24,000 nucleotides of DNA, taken from contig OY782041.1 of the NCBI GenBank assembly GCA_963677595.1, positions 1,960,951 to 1,984,950 on the forward strand, in the 5' to 3' direction. The notes beneath the pieces are model-generated. The model worked only from the letters and a program-made list of their open reading frames with translations. It did not search any database and was not told the DNA's origin. Positions within the stretch are counted from its first letter, which is position 1. Each line of letters opens with the position of its first letter. This stretch comes from Spirochaetia bacterium (lineage in GTDB: Bacteria > Spirochaetota > Spirochaetia > CAKZLE01). Made by a program: the position numbers and the translations under genes. Shown here in pieces: positions 1-8,126 of the stretch.

Positions 1-1013
1 TCCATGAGATCTACACCGACGAGGCGCTCGTGATCCGGAGCAGCCACCCATTCAAGGGCAACATGGATATCGACCGACTCAAGGGAGTCATCAAGGAGTA
101 CGGTGCCGAGCACATCCCCTTCATCAGGCTCGAGGCATCGACCAACCTCATCGGCGGCCAGCCCTTCTCCATGCAGAACATGCGGGACGTCCGTGCCGTG
201 GCTGACGAGGCAGGGATCATGATCGTCCTCGATGCATCACTCATCGGGGAGAACGCATGGTTCATCAAGCAGCGTGAGGCAGGCTATGCAGAGAAGACCA
301 TGGGCGAGATCATCCGTGAGATGTCAGACCTCGTGGACCTCGTCTACTTCTCGGCACGTAAGCTCTCATCGAGCCGCGGCGGCGTCATCTGTACCGCCCG
401 GGAAGACCTCTATGACAAGATGCGTGACCTCGTACCCCTCTTCGAGGGATTCCTCACCTACGGCGGTATGTCCGTCCGTGAGATCGAGGCGATGGCGGTC
501 GGTCTTGAGGAGACCCTCGATAACCAGATGATCTGCCAGTCCCCCTCCTTCATCGACTACTTCGTCAGGAAGGTGGACTCTCTCGGCATCCCGGTCGTGA
601 CCCCGGGCGGGGCGCTCGGTGCCCATATCGACGCAGGTTCCTTCCTCTCCCACCTCCCGCAGGAGGTATACCCTGCAGGAGCCCTCGTTTCAGCCTTCTA
701 CCTGATCTCAGGCTGCCGGGGAATGGAACGGGGTACGGTCAGTTCCGTACGACTCGAGGACGGGAGCGACCTCCTCGCCGATGTCGAGCTGATGCGGCTC
801 GCCTTCCCGCGAAGGGTGTTCACGCTAAGCCAGGTCGAGTACGCGATTGACCGGCTGAAGTGGCTCTATGATAACAGGGAGCTCGTCGGCGGTCTCGAGT
901 GGGACAAGGAGCCGGCAGTACTCAGGTTCTTCGTCGGACGGCTCAAACCCATCGGCGACTGGCCGCAGAAGCTCATGGCAAAGTTCAGGGAAGATTTCGG
1001 AGACAGTCTCTAA
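1..1013 (+). CDS. Tryptophanase / tyrosine phenol-lyase family PLP-dependent beta-eliminating lyase, C-terminal ~336 aa (5' end outside window)
   Basis: Frame 3 is open from nt 3 (HEIYTDEALVIRSSHPFKGNMD...), so track ORF 30..1013 is only the part after an internal Met. Family-typical stretches are HPFKGN, GGQPFSM, LDASLIGENAWFIKQRE, the PLP-lysine context YFSARKLSSSRGG (cf. TnaA SAKKD..GG), FPRRVFT and LRFF. Stop TAA at 1011-1013. Confidence 0.85.
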   Translation, partial: HEIYTDEALVIRSSHPFKGNMDIDRLKGVIKEYGAEHIPFIRLEASTNLIGGQPFSMQNMRDVRAVADEAGIMIVLDASLIGENAWFIKQREAGYAEKTMGEIIREMSDLVDLVYFSARKLSSSRGGVICTAREDLYDKMRDLVPLFEGFLTYGGMSVREIEAMAVGLEETLDNQMICQSPSFIDYFVRKVDSLGIPVVTPGGALGAHIDAGSFLSHLPQEVYPAGALVSAFYLISGCRGMERGTVSSVRLEDGSDLLADVELMRLAFPRRVFTLSQVEYAIDRLKWLYDNRELVGGLEWDKEPAVLRFFVGRLKPIGDWPQKLMAKFREDFGDSL

Positions 1014-1039
1014 GAGATTTTTATTCCTCAATCGTATCA

Positions 1040-1068
1040 GGTGCCGGGTTCCCGGCACCGTTTTTTTT
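1040..1068 (+). terminator. Intrinsic-terminator-like hairpin plus T8 tract downstream of the lyase gene
   Basis: GGTGCCGGG (1040-1048), tt loop, CCCGGCACC (1051-1059): a perfect 9-bp GC-rich stem. It is followed by g + TTTTTTTT (1061-1068), 27 nt after the stop codon. Confidence 0.7.
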
Positions 1069-1138
1069 CGGGTAAAAGCTGTAGGTGGGAGCCGATGTGT
1101 CTGCTATACTAGTAGAGTGCGCAGGCAGGGAGGAACGG

Positions 1139-2278
1139 ATGACGACTGAGAAGAGAGCAGGGAAAGAGTGTTTTATCCTGAAGAACGGGAATACCGAGGC
1201 TGCACTGACGAGACTCGGCGGCCATATGGCGCCGGTGCGGTTCTACACCGATACCGAGACACCGGTCGAGCCCTATTACGTAAGCCCCTGGCAGGAGGAG
1301 GATATCGCGATCGATGTCCCGATCCTCGAGCCGCTGCGCGGGGACTTCTTCTGCATGCCCTTCGGCGCGAACGAGGAGGATACCAACCCCTTCGTCGGAC
1401 ACGGGGATCCCTCCACGCGGGACTGGGAGTACGTATCGGAGAAGCACAGTGATCCCGTCACTACCCTGACACTTGGTATGGAGTTGAAGCAGTCAGCCGG
1501 GTCGGTCACGAAGGAGGTCTCGATCATCGAGGGAGAGCAGGTCATCTACACCCGTGACACGATCAGCGGGGTGTCAGGGCCCATGCCCCTCGGTCACCAT
1601 GCCACCCTCGGGACCCATAACGGGGAGCTGACGATCAGGACCTCCCCGATATCGTTCGGCCGCTGCAACCCCTATGACGTCCTCCATACCCAGGGACGGG
1701 AGTACTACTCCTGCGCCTCCTTGGGCCGGTTCACCGAGCTCGAGGATGTCCCCACCATCTGGAAGGTGCCGGAGAGCACGGACTGCACCGTCTTCCCCGC
1801 CAGGGAGGGCTATGTCGACATCATCCAGTCATTCCAGCAGGACCAGGGGAAACCTGCCTGGACTACCGCCGTCTGCAGGGAGGCCGGCTACCTCTGGTTC
1901 TCCCTGAAGGATGTGTCGGTGCTCCCCTCTGTGCTCTTCTGGATGGAGAACCATGGCCGTCATGGTTCCCCGTGGAACGGGAGGAACTGCTGCATCGGGC
2001 TTGAGGATGTCTGCTCATACTTCGCCAACGGCTATGAGGACTCCATCGGGGAGAACCCCCTCGTCACCGAGGAGGGCGCGAAGACTGCCGTGCAGCTCGA
2101 TGGCTCACCCTTTACCGTCAGCTATATCCAGGGGGTCGTCAGGATACCGGAGGGGTTCAACGCCGTCTCCGATATCGACTTCTCGGAAGATTGGATCACC
2201 TTCATCGAGGAGTCGGGCAGCTCCGTGGTCACCGTCCCCTGCCGCTGGGATTTCGTCTTCGGGAAGAGTCTGGACTGA
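1139..2278 (+). CDS. Hypothetical soluble protein, 379 aa; no confident family (weak resemblance to galactose-mutarotase-like beta-sandwich proteins only)
   Basis: Track ORF 1085..2278 starts at a GTG. The ATG at 1139 is preceded by GGGAGG (1128-1133). Codon usage matches neighbouring genes, and no TM segments are apparent. His/Gly-containing stretches (FVGHGDP, PLGHHATLG, NHGRHGSPWNG) are not diagnostic. Confidence 0.6.
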   Translation: MTTEKRAGKECFILKNGNTEAALTRLGGHMAPVRFYTDTETPVEPYYVSPWQEEDIAIDVPILEPLRGDFFCMPFGANEEDTNPFVGHGDPSTRDWEYVSEKHSDPVTTLTLGMELKQSAGSVTKEVSIIEGEQVIYTRDTISGVSGPMPLGHHATLGTHNGELTIRTSPISFGRCNPYDVLHTQGREYYSCASLGRFTELEDVPTIWKVPESTDCTVFPAREGYVDIIQSFQQDQGKPAWTTAVCREAGYLWFSLKDVSVLPSVLFWMENHGRHGSPWNGRNCCIGLEDVCSYFANGYEDSIGENPLVTEEGAKTAVQLDGSPFTVSYIQGVVRIPEGFNAVSDIDFSEDWITFIEESGSSVVTVPCRWDFVFGKSLD

Positions 2279-2325
2279 CAGGACAGCCGCCAGGAAAGAA
2301 TAAATAAAAATCGATAAAAAAATAT

Positions 2326-2372
2326 TTGACAACTCTTCGTTTAACACTTTATAATCTATTGAAGTGTTGAAC
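2326..2372 (+). promoter_or_regulatory. Promoter of the Mrp/complex-I-like operon: TTGACA-N18-TATAAT (also readable as archaeal TATA box TTTATAAT) bracketed by inverted repeats
   Basis: The intergenic region 2290-2420 is very AT-rich. It contains TTGACA at 2326-2331 and TATAAT at 2350-2355 (TTTATAAT 2348-2355). The inverted repeat AACACTT (2343-2349) / AAGTGTT (2362-2368) flanks the TATA element. Palindromic GTTTAAC (2339-2345) and GTTGAAC (2366-2372) are also present. Confidence 0.5.
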
Positions 2373-2422
2373 TGTATTATACATGAGAAATCTGTATGCA
2401 GATACATACGAAGGGGAAATGG

Positions 2423-2920
2423 ATGAAATCAATACTGTACCGCCTGAGCATCTGGATACTCCTGATGGTGATCTGGCTTCTGCTGGTCTCACCGCTGAAT
2501 ACCCAGGAGATCATCTCAGGAGCAATGATCGCCCTCCTGGCAGCCCTGATACCGCTGCCGGACAGGGACGTGTTCAGGGAACTGCTGCTGACACCGAAGA
2601 AGGCTGTCTACGCCCTCCTGTTCACCCTGGTGTTCCTCTGGGAGGTCGTGAAGTCGAACCTTGACGTCGCCCTCAGGGTCATCAAGCCGGTGATCCCGAT
2701 CAATCCCGGGATCGTGAAGGTGAGGACCTCGCTCTCATCGAGGATGGGACGTCTTGCCCTGGCGAACGCCATCACCTTGACACCCGGTACGATCACCGTC
2801 GATATCGAGGGTGAGTACCTCTATATCCACTGGATCTCCGTGGAGGCTGGGGATATAGACGAGGCGACGAAGAAGATCGTCTCTACATTCGAGAGATATC
2901 TGGAGGTGATCTTTGGCTGA
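2423..2920 (+). CDS. MrpE/MnhE-like (MbxA/MbhA-like) membrane subunit
   Basis: MnhE hallmarks are NLDVALRVIKP...INPGIVKV...ANAITLTPGTITVDI, with N-terminal TM helices. The ATG at 2423 is preceded by AAGGGGA (2411-2417). An alternative upstream ATG lies at 2396 (track ORF start). Confidence 0.85.
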   Translation: MKSILYRLSIWILLMVIWLLLVSPLNTQEIISGAMIALLAALIPLPDRDVFRELLLTPKKAVYALLFTLVFLWEVVKSNLDVALRVIKPVIPINPGIVKVRTSLSSRMGRLALANAITLTPGTITVDIEGEYLYIHWISVEAGDIDEATKKIVSTFERYLEVIFG

Positions 2921-3173
2921 TACTATCTATATGGCAGCAGGGGCGATCGCCCTGCTTGCGTTCTGCATATCGTTCTTCCGGATCATTGTCGGACCCGACC
3001 TGGCAGACCGAGTGGTCGCGCTCGACGCGATGACCATCCTGTCGCTCTCGGGGATCGTCTTCCTCACCCACCTGCTCGGGCGCATGATCTATATCGACAT
3101 AGCCCTGGTGTACGGCCTCATGAGTTTCCTCGGGGTCATCGCGGTGGCACGCTACATGGAAAGGGGGCTGTAA
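2913..3173 (+). CDS. MrpF/MnhF-like (MbxB-like) membrane subunit
   Basis: The GPDLADRVVALDAM motif and three TM helices. The TTG start at 2913 lies just downstream of GGAGGTGA (2902-2909) and overlaps the upstream stop. An alternative ATG lies at 2931. Confidence 0.8.
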   Translation: MADTIYMAAGAIALLAFCISFFRIIVGPDLADRVVALDAMTILSLSGIVFLTHLLGRMIYIDIALVYGLMSFLGVIAVARYMERGL

Positions 3174-3174
3174 G

Positions 3175-3516
3175 ATGGTACTTGAGATCATTGGGGCGAT
3201 CGTCGCCCTCTTCGGGTCCCTCTTCCTGCTGCTGGCAGCAGTCGGTATCGTCAGGATGCCCGATACCTATAACAGGATGCAGGCCGGGACCAAGGCTTCC
3301 ACCCTTGGGAGCCTGCTCTTCTTCATCGGGATCGGCCTCGGCCATCCCGGTCTCTGGGGCAAGCTCATCGTACTGAGCGCGTTCGTCCTCCTGACGAACC
3401 CGCTCTCCTCGCACGTCCTCGCACGGGCCCTGCACTATGTCGGGAAGTCCCCGATCCTGCCCGGCCATCCCAACCGTGACGACCTCGCAGAGGATCGCCT
3501 GAAGGAGGGAGTATGA
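3175..3516 (+). CDS. MrpG/MnhG-like (MbxC-like) membrane subunit
   Basis: RMPDTYNRMQAGTKASTLG matches the MnhG signature R.PD.Y.R.HA..K..TLG. The ATG lies 1 nt after the upstream stop, with AAGGGGG upstream. Confidence 0.85.
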   Translation: MVLEIIGAIVALFGSLFLLLAAVGIVRMPDTYNRMQAGTKASTLGSLLFFIGIGLGHPGLWGKLIVLSAFVLLTNPLSSHVLARALHYVGKSPILPGHPNRDDLAEDRLKEGV

Positions 3517-3779
3517 TCGTTCTCTATATCATATTGGGGGTGCTGATGCTCATCGCCGCAGCTGCCGCCATCCAGATGAAACATATGACCTCAGCGATCA
3601 TCGCTGCCGGGGTCGTCTCCCTGGTGGGAAGCCTGCTCTTCCTGCTCGCGGGTGCACCTGATGTCGCCATGACAGAGGCCGCAATCGGTTCCGCACTGAC
3701 GACAGTCATCTTCCTCTTCGCCTGGTCACGTATTTCCGACCATGCCAAGGGTGATGACGATGAGGAGGGTAGGTCATGA
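3513..3779 (+). CDS. DUF4040 / MrpA-C-terminal-like small membrane subunit (MbxD/MbhD-like)
   Basis: GAPDVAMTEAAIGSALTTVIFL matches the APDVALTEAAVG signature. There are three TM helices and an ATGA start/stop overlap at 3513-3516. Confidence 0.8.
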   Translation: MIVLYIILGVLMLIAAAAAIQMKHMTSAIIAAGVVSLVGSLLFLLAGAPDVAMTEAAIGSALTTVIFLFAWSRISDHAKGDDDEEGRS

Positions 3780-4474
3780 TCAAACGACTGCTTATCATCG
3801 CCGTGCTCATCGTATTGGGGATCGTGCTCTCCCCGATGCTCTGGAATATAACGGATGCGACTGAACTCGGTTCGGTATCGCAGAAGTATGTAACTGATGG
3901 GGTGGAAGACCTCGGGGCTGCGAACCTCGTCACCTCCGTCGTGGTCAGCTACCGTGGTCTCGATACGCTCGGCGAGGTCGCCGTGCTCTTCGTCGCGACT
4001 GCCGGGGTTGCCATGCTGCTTGGTGCAGGGAAGAAGGAGGAGTCTATCGTCCTCCCCAATGAGCGGCGCAGCGGATCGGAGCTCCTGGGCACCGGTTCAG
4101 CGCTGCTCTTCCCGATCCTCCTGCTCTTCGGGGTCTATATCTTCCTCCATGGTCACCTGACCCCTGGCGGAGGATTCCAGGGAGGCGTCGTCATCGCCTC
4201 CTCCATCGTGCTGCTGCTCTTCGAGAAGAGCGACAGGAAACTGAACCATGCCCTCCTGCAGTGGATCGAGGCCCTCTCCGGGGCTGCCTATGCAGCGGTC
4301 GGCCTGCTCGGGCTCTGGCTCGCGGCAGGGTTCCTGGATCCCAGGTTCCTCCCTACAGGGGAGTTCGGCATGGTGCTGAGCGCCGGGGCGATCCCCGTGA
4401 TCTACTGCCTGATCGGGATCAAGGTCGGCTCGGAGCTGACCGGGGTCGTCGATTCCCTGAGGAGGAACGCATGA
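3776..4474 (+). CDS. MnhB/MrpB-domain membrane subunit (MbxF / MbhE-F-like)
   Basis: GAANLVTSVVVSYRGLDTLGEVAVLF matches the MnhB signature N.VT.IL.D.RG.DTLGE. It is polytopic, with an ATGA overlap at 3776-3779. Confidence 0.85.
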   Translation: MIKRLLIIAVLIVLGIVLSPMLWNITDATELGSVSQKYVTDGVEDLGAANLVTSVVVSYRGLDTLGEVAVLFVATAGVAMLLGAGKKEESIVLPNERRSGSELLGTGSALLFPILLLFGVYIFLHGHLTPGGGFQGGVVIASSIVLLLFEKSDRKLNHALLQWIEALSGAAYAAVGLLGLWLAAGFLDPRFLPTGEFGMVLSAGAIPVIYCLIGIKVGSELTGVVDSLRRNA

Positions 4475-4830
4475 TTACACAGATCCTCGTGATCCTCGGA
4501 GGCCTACTGATCTTAGTCGGGCTCTGGGGCATCCTAACTAGAAAACACCTGGTGAAGATGATCATCGGGTTCTCCGTCCTCGATACCGGTGTCCACCTGA
4601 TCATGGTAGGACTCGGGTACATCAAGGGTGGGACCGCACCGATCATTGACAGCGAGCTCCCGGCGGGAACGCTCGCCGGGAAGGTCGTGGACCCGGTCCC
4701 CTCAGCCCTGGTCCTGACAGCGATCGTCATCGGCGTGGCTGTCACCGCCCTGATGCTCAGCTATGCTGTCCGGTTATACAAGACCTATAAGACTACGTCG
4801 ATCGATGAGATAAAGGAGTTGAAATGGTAA
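4471..4830 (+). CDS. MrpC/MnhC / NuoK-like membrane subunit (MbxG-like)
   Basis: DPVPSALVLTAIVIGVAVTA matches the MnhC hallmark DPLPQALVLTAIVI. The real start is the ATG at 4471 (aa 71 of track ORF 4261..4830), preceded by GAGGAGGAA, with an ATGA overlap with the upstream gene. Confidence 0.85.
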   Translation: MITQILVILGGLLILVGLWGILTRKHLVKMIIGFSVLDTGVHLIMVGLGYIKGGTAPIIDSELPAGTLAGKVVDPVPSALVLTAIVIGVAVTALMLSYAVRLYKTYKTTSIDEIKELKW

Positions 4831-7800
4831 GCCCACTCTATATATTCGGTCTGGGACTGGGGATCGCCTTCCTGCTCCCGCTGTTCGAGAAGCTCTCGAA
4901 AGAGGCCCCGAAGTACATCACCCTGCTGCTTCTTGCCCTGTTCACGATCATCCCGGTCTCATGGATCGCCCAGATCCTTCCCTCCGGGATCATGAGCTCC
5001 CCGGTATCGGTCGGGACGATCGGCTTCGCGCCCCCGTTTGCCATAAGTCTGCAGATAGGCTTTGCAGAAGCCGTCACCCTGGCGGCAGTCAATGCCGCGG
5101 CGCTGCTGAGCGGCCTCTACCATACGGTCAGGAATGACGAGAACTGGAAGGGGAAGCACATCGTGCTCTTCCTCACCCTCATCGTCGGCGTGAACGGGCT
5201 CATCCTCACCAGGGACCTCTTCAACCTCTTCGTCTTCCTCGAGATCACCTCGATCTCGATGTATGCACTCATCGCGACGAATGCCCAGAAGCATGCCTAT
5301 GAGGCAGGGTTCAAGTACCTGATCGCAGGTTCACTCGCCTCCGCGAGCTACCTCATCGGGGTGATCTTCCTCTACCGGTATACCGGCACCCTCTATATCG
5401 ATGAGATCGCGGCCATGGATATCGCTTCCATGGCGGCAGGGAACCCGGGTCTCGTCATCGCCCTCTCGTTGCTGATGCTCGCGATGCTCGTGGAGCTCAA
5501 ACCGTTCCCCGCGAACGGCTGGGCGATTGATGCCTATGAGGCTTCCGACCCTGCCGTATCGGCCATGATCAGTGCCGTCGGTGCCACCGGCGTGCTCTTC
5601 TCCTTCCATAAGCTCCTTGAACTGTTCACCCCACAGATGGCCGGCGTCGCTGCCGCCTGCGGGATGCTCACCTTCATCTTCTCTCAGCTCATCGGCTTGA
5701 GGCAGGAACGGGTCAGGAGGATGCTCGGCTATTCATCAGTCGGGCAGATCGCCCTGGCAGTGACCGTCCTCTCGATCGGCAGGGTCCATCCGGATCTTGC
5801 TGTCCAGATGCAGCTTGCGGCTGCACTCCTGATCGGGACCCATATATTCAGCAAGGCCGGGCTCTTCTGGCTTGCCGATATCCAGGACCGGGACGGGTTC
5901 ACCTCCTTCAGGAAGAGCCCGCTCTTCATCGCTGTCATCGGTATCCTGGTTTCAGCGTTGGCAGGACTGCCTCCCTTCCCCTCTTTCTGGGCGAAGTGGA
6001 GCCTCCTCTCGGCACTTACCGGTAAGGGATACCTCTTCTATATGACACTCATCCTCCTAGGGTCTGTCTGTGAGGCAGGCTACCTCTTCAGGTGGTTCAC
6101 CCGCGGCCTGAAGGCTGCTGCCGACCCAGGCGATATCCACGCAGAACAGGTCCCGGAGGATGTCCCTGTCGCAGGACCCCAGACCGGGGTGATCAGCTCG
6201 ACGAGGGCCAGGGCCGCAGTCGGGGAGACTGCAGCCAGGAACGTGAAGACTGCAGTCCAGGAAGCAGAGGATGAGAAGAAAACACTTCACCCCTCTGTGC
6301 TCATGCCGCTGGTCTCCGCGCTGGTCGTCACTGCCGGCGGGCTGCTCTTCGGCTATAGGGCCCTTGAAGGTTCGGCCGAGGTCCTCCTGCTGCTGCCGGC
6401 AGCCGTGCTGCTGGTCGGCCTGCTGCTTGACCTGGTACGTATCCCGCTCAAGCTCCACCTCCTCGCTGTCCTGGCAGGGATCGCATACTATGCATACCAG
6501 GTCCTGCCGCAGCTGCAGGGGCTCAGGATGGTCTTCGGGGTCATCTTCCTCATCGGTTCTGCCGTACAGATGATCATCCTCTTCAACCGGAAAGGCGTCC
6601 AGTTTGGTCTGGTACCACTCATGACCGCCATGGTCTTCTCCCTCGGGAACCTCCTGCTCGCCTCGACGAGGTTGGGATTCTTCCTCTCCTGGGAACTCAT
6701 GACTGTGACCTCCTTCCTGCTGATCCTCCGTGGGAAATTATCATCAGGGGCCGGTTTCCGGTACCTGCTCTTCTCACTCGGGGGTGCCTACAGCATCCTG
6801 GCAGGGCTCATGCTCTTCCCGGGATTCGACTCGCTCCTGGGCGGGGGCGGCGTAAGCGGTGCAGTACCGCTGGCCGCAGTCATCCTGCTGGCCGTCGGGT
6901 TCCTCGTGAAGATGGGGGCTGCCGGGTTCCATATTTGGCTGCCTTCAGCCTATGCAGAGGCTGAGGATGAGACCTCGGCACTGCTCTCCTCGGTATTGAG
7001 CAAGGCATCGTTGTTCATGCTCTTCCTGACTGCCGCACTCTACCTGCAGCCGGTCTCACCGGTATCGTCAGTGCCGGTATCGACCCTGCTCGGCTGGGTC
7101 GGGACCATCACCCTGATCGCAGGTTCGTTCTTCGCCCTCTTCCAGGAGGATATAAAGTACACGCTTGCCTACTCCTCCATGGGACAGGTCGGCTACATGC
7201 TCCTAGGCTTCTCCCTCATGACTCACCTGGGCTGGACGGCGAGCCTCTACCTGGCAGTGACTCACCTCCTCTTCAAGGGGATGCTCTTCATCGCGGTCGC
7301 CGGGGTCATCCACCGGACACGTACCCGGATGATGTACCAGATGGGAGGGCTGATCAAGCGGATGCCGGTCAGCTTCCTCACCGTACTCATCGGGATCATC
7401 GCCCTCTCGGGCGTTCCCCCGCTTACCGGGTTCGGCGGAAAATGGCTGATCTATACGGCCCTGATCGAGAAGGGCTGGTACCTGCAGGCGGCGGTCGCGA
7501 TGTTCGCCTCCGGGATCGCCTTCCTCTACCTCTTCAGGCTCATACATGTCATCTTCCTCGGGCAGCTCAAGGACGAGCACCGGGAGGTGAAAGAGGCGCC
7601 GATCTGGTACCTCATACCGCAGGTCATCGGCATGGTCGCCATCATGGCGTTCTCCATGTTCCCGAACCTGCTGCTGCAGCCGCTGCAGGCTGCCGTGGCC
7701 CCGTTCTTCCCGGCATCGATCAGCTGGGACGGCTACACGGTCATTTCGACGCTGGGCTACTGGAACGGGAATGCCGTCATGTACGTGACCTTCGGGGTGT

Positions 7801-8126
7801 TCCTCATCCCGCTCGCATGGCTGCTGCTGGTACGCAGGAAGCATACCCGGCTGGTGAGCCAATTCAATATCGTGTATGCGGCAGAGCGGCCTGACAAGCC
7901 GGAGACGACCCATTTCGGGTACAACTTCTTCGCCCATTACCATGAGGCGCTCGGAAGCTTCCTCACCCCCTGGGCCACACGGTTCTGGGGCGGGGTGGAA
8001 TCGATCGTCCATGTCGCCGGTTCGGCCGTGCGGAGGATCTACTCCGGCAACGGGCAGACCTATGCCTTCTATATCCTGGCCTACTGTACAGTAGTCCTGA
8101 TCATCATTCGAGGAGGGGTACTGTAG
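4824..8126 (+). CDS. Fused double antiporter-like subunit (MrpD/NuoN-like module + linker + MrpA/NuoL-like module; MbxH-MbxH' fusion), 1100 aa
   Basis: Module 1 (aa 1-~428) has FVFLEITSISMYALI (TM5 Glu), LVELKPFPANGWAIDAYEASDPAVSA (TM7 Lys), LGYSSVGQIA and HIFSKAGLFW. A hydrophilic linker spans aa ~429-489 (nt ~6108-6290). Module 2 (aa ~490-1100) has FLSWELMTVTSFLLI, FLVKMGAAGFHIWLPSAYAEAEDETSALLSS, LAYSSMGQVGYM and HLLFKGMLFIAVAG. Confidence 0.85.
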   Translation: MVSPLYIFGLGLGIAFLLPLFEKLSKEAPKYITLLLLALFTIIPVSWIAQILPSGIMSSPVSVGTIGFAPPFAISLQIGFAEAVTLAAVNAAALLSGLYHTVRNDENWKGKHIVLFLTLIVGVNGLILTRDLFNLFVFLEITSISMYALIATNAQKHAYEAGFKYLIAGSLASASYLIGVIFLYRYTGTLYIDEIAAMDIASMAAGNPGLVIALSLLMLAMLVELKPFPANGWAIDAYEASDPAVSAMISAVGATGVLFSFHKLLELFTPQMAGVAAACGMLTFIFSQLIGLRQERVRRMLGYSSVGQIALAVTVLSIGRVHPDLAVQMQLAAALLIGTHIFSKAGLFWLADIQDRDGFTSFRKSPLFIAVIGILVSALAGLPPFPSFWAKWSLLSALTGKGYLFYMTLILLGSVCEAGYLFRWFTRGLKAAADPGDIHAEQVPEDVPVAGPQTGVISSTRARAAVGETAARNVKTAVQEAEDEKKTLHPSVLMPLVSALVVTAGGLLFGYRALEGSAEVLLLLPAAVLLVGLLLDLVRIPLKLHLLAVLAGIAYYAYQVLPQLQGLRMVFGVIFLIGSAVQMIILFNRKGVQFGLVPLMTAMVFSLGNLLLASTRLGFFLSWELMTVTSFLLILRGKLSSGAGFRYLLFSLGGAYSILAGLMLFPGFDSLLGGGGVSGAVPLAAVILLAVGFLVKMGAAGFHIWLPSAYAEAEDETSALLSSVLSKASLFMLFLTAALYLQPVSPVSSVPVSTLLGWVGTITLIAGSFFALFQEDIKYTLAYSSMGQVGYMLLGFSLMTHLGWTASLYLAVTHLLFKGMLFIAVAGVIHRTRTRMMYQMGGLIKRMPVSFLTVLIGIIALSGVPPLTGFGGKWLIYTALIEKGWYLQAAVAMFASGIAFLYLFRLIHVIFLGQLKDEHREVKEAPIWYLIPQVIGMVAIMAFSMFPNLLLQPLQAAVAPFFPASISWDGYTVISTLGYWNGNAVMYVTFGVFLIPLAWLLLVRRKHTRLVSQFNIVYAAERPDKPETTHFGYNFFAHYHEALGSFLTPWATRFWGGVESIVHVAGSAVRRIYSGNGQTYAFYILAYCTVVLIIIRGGVL

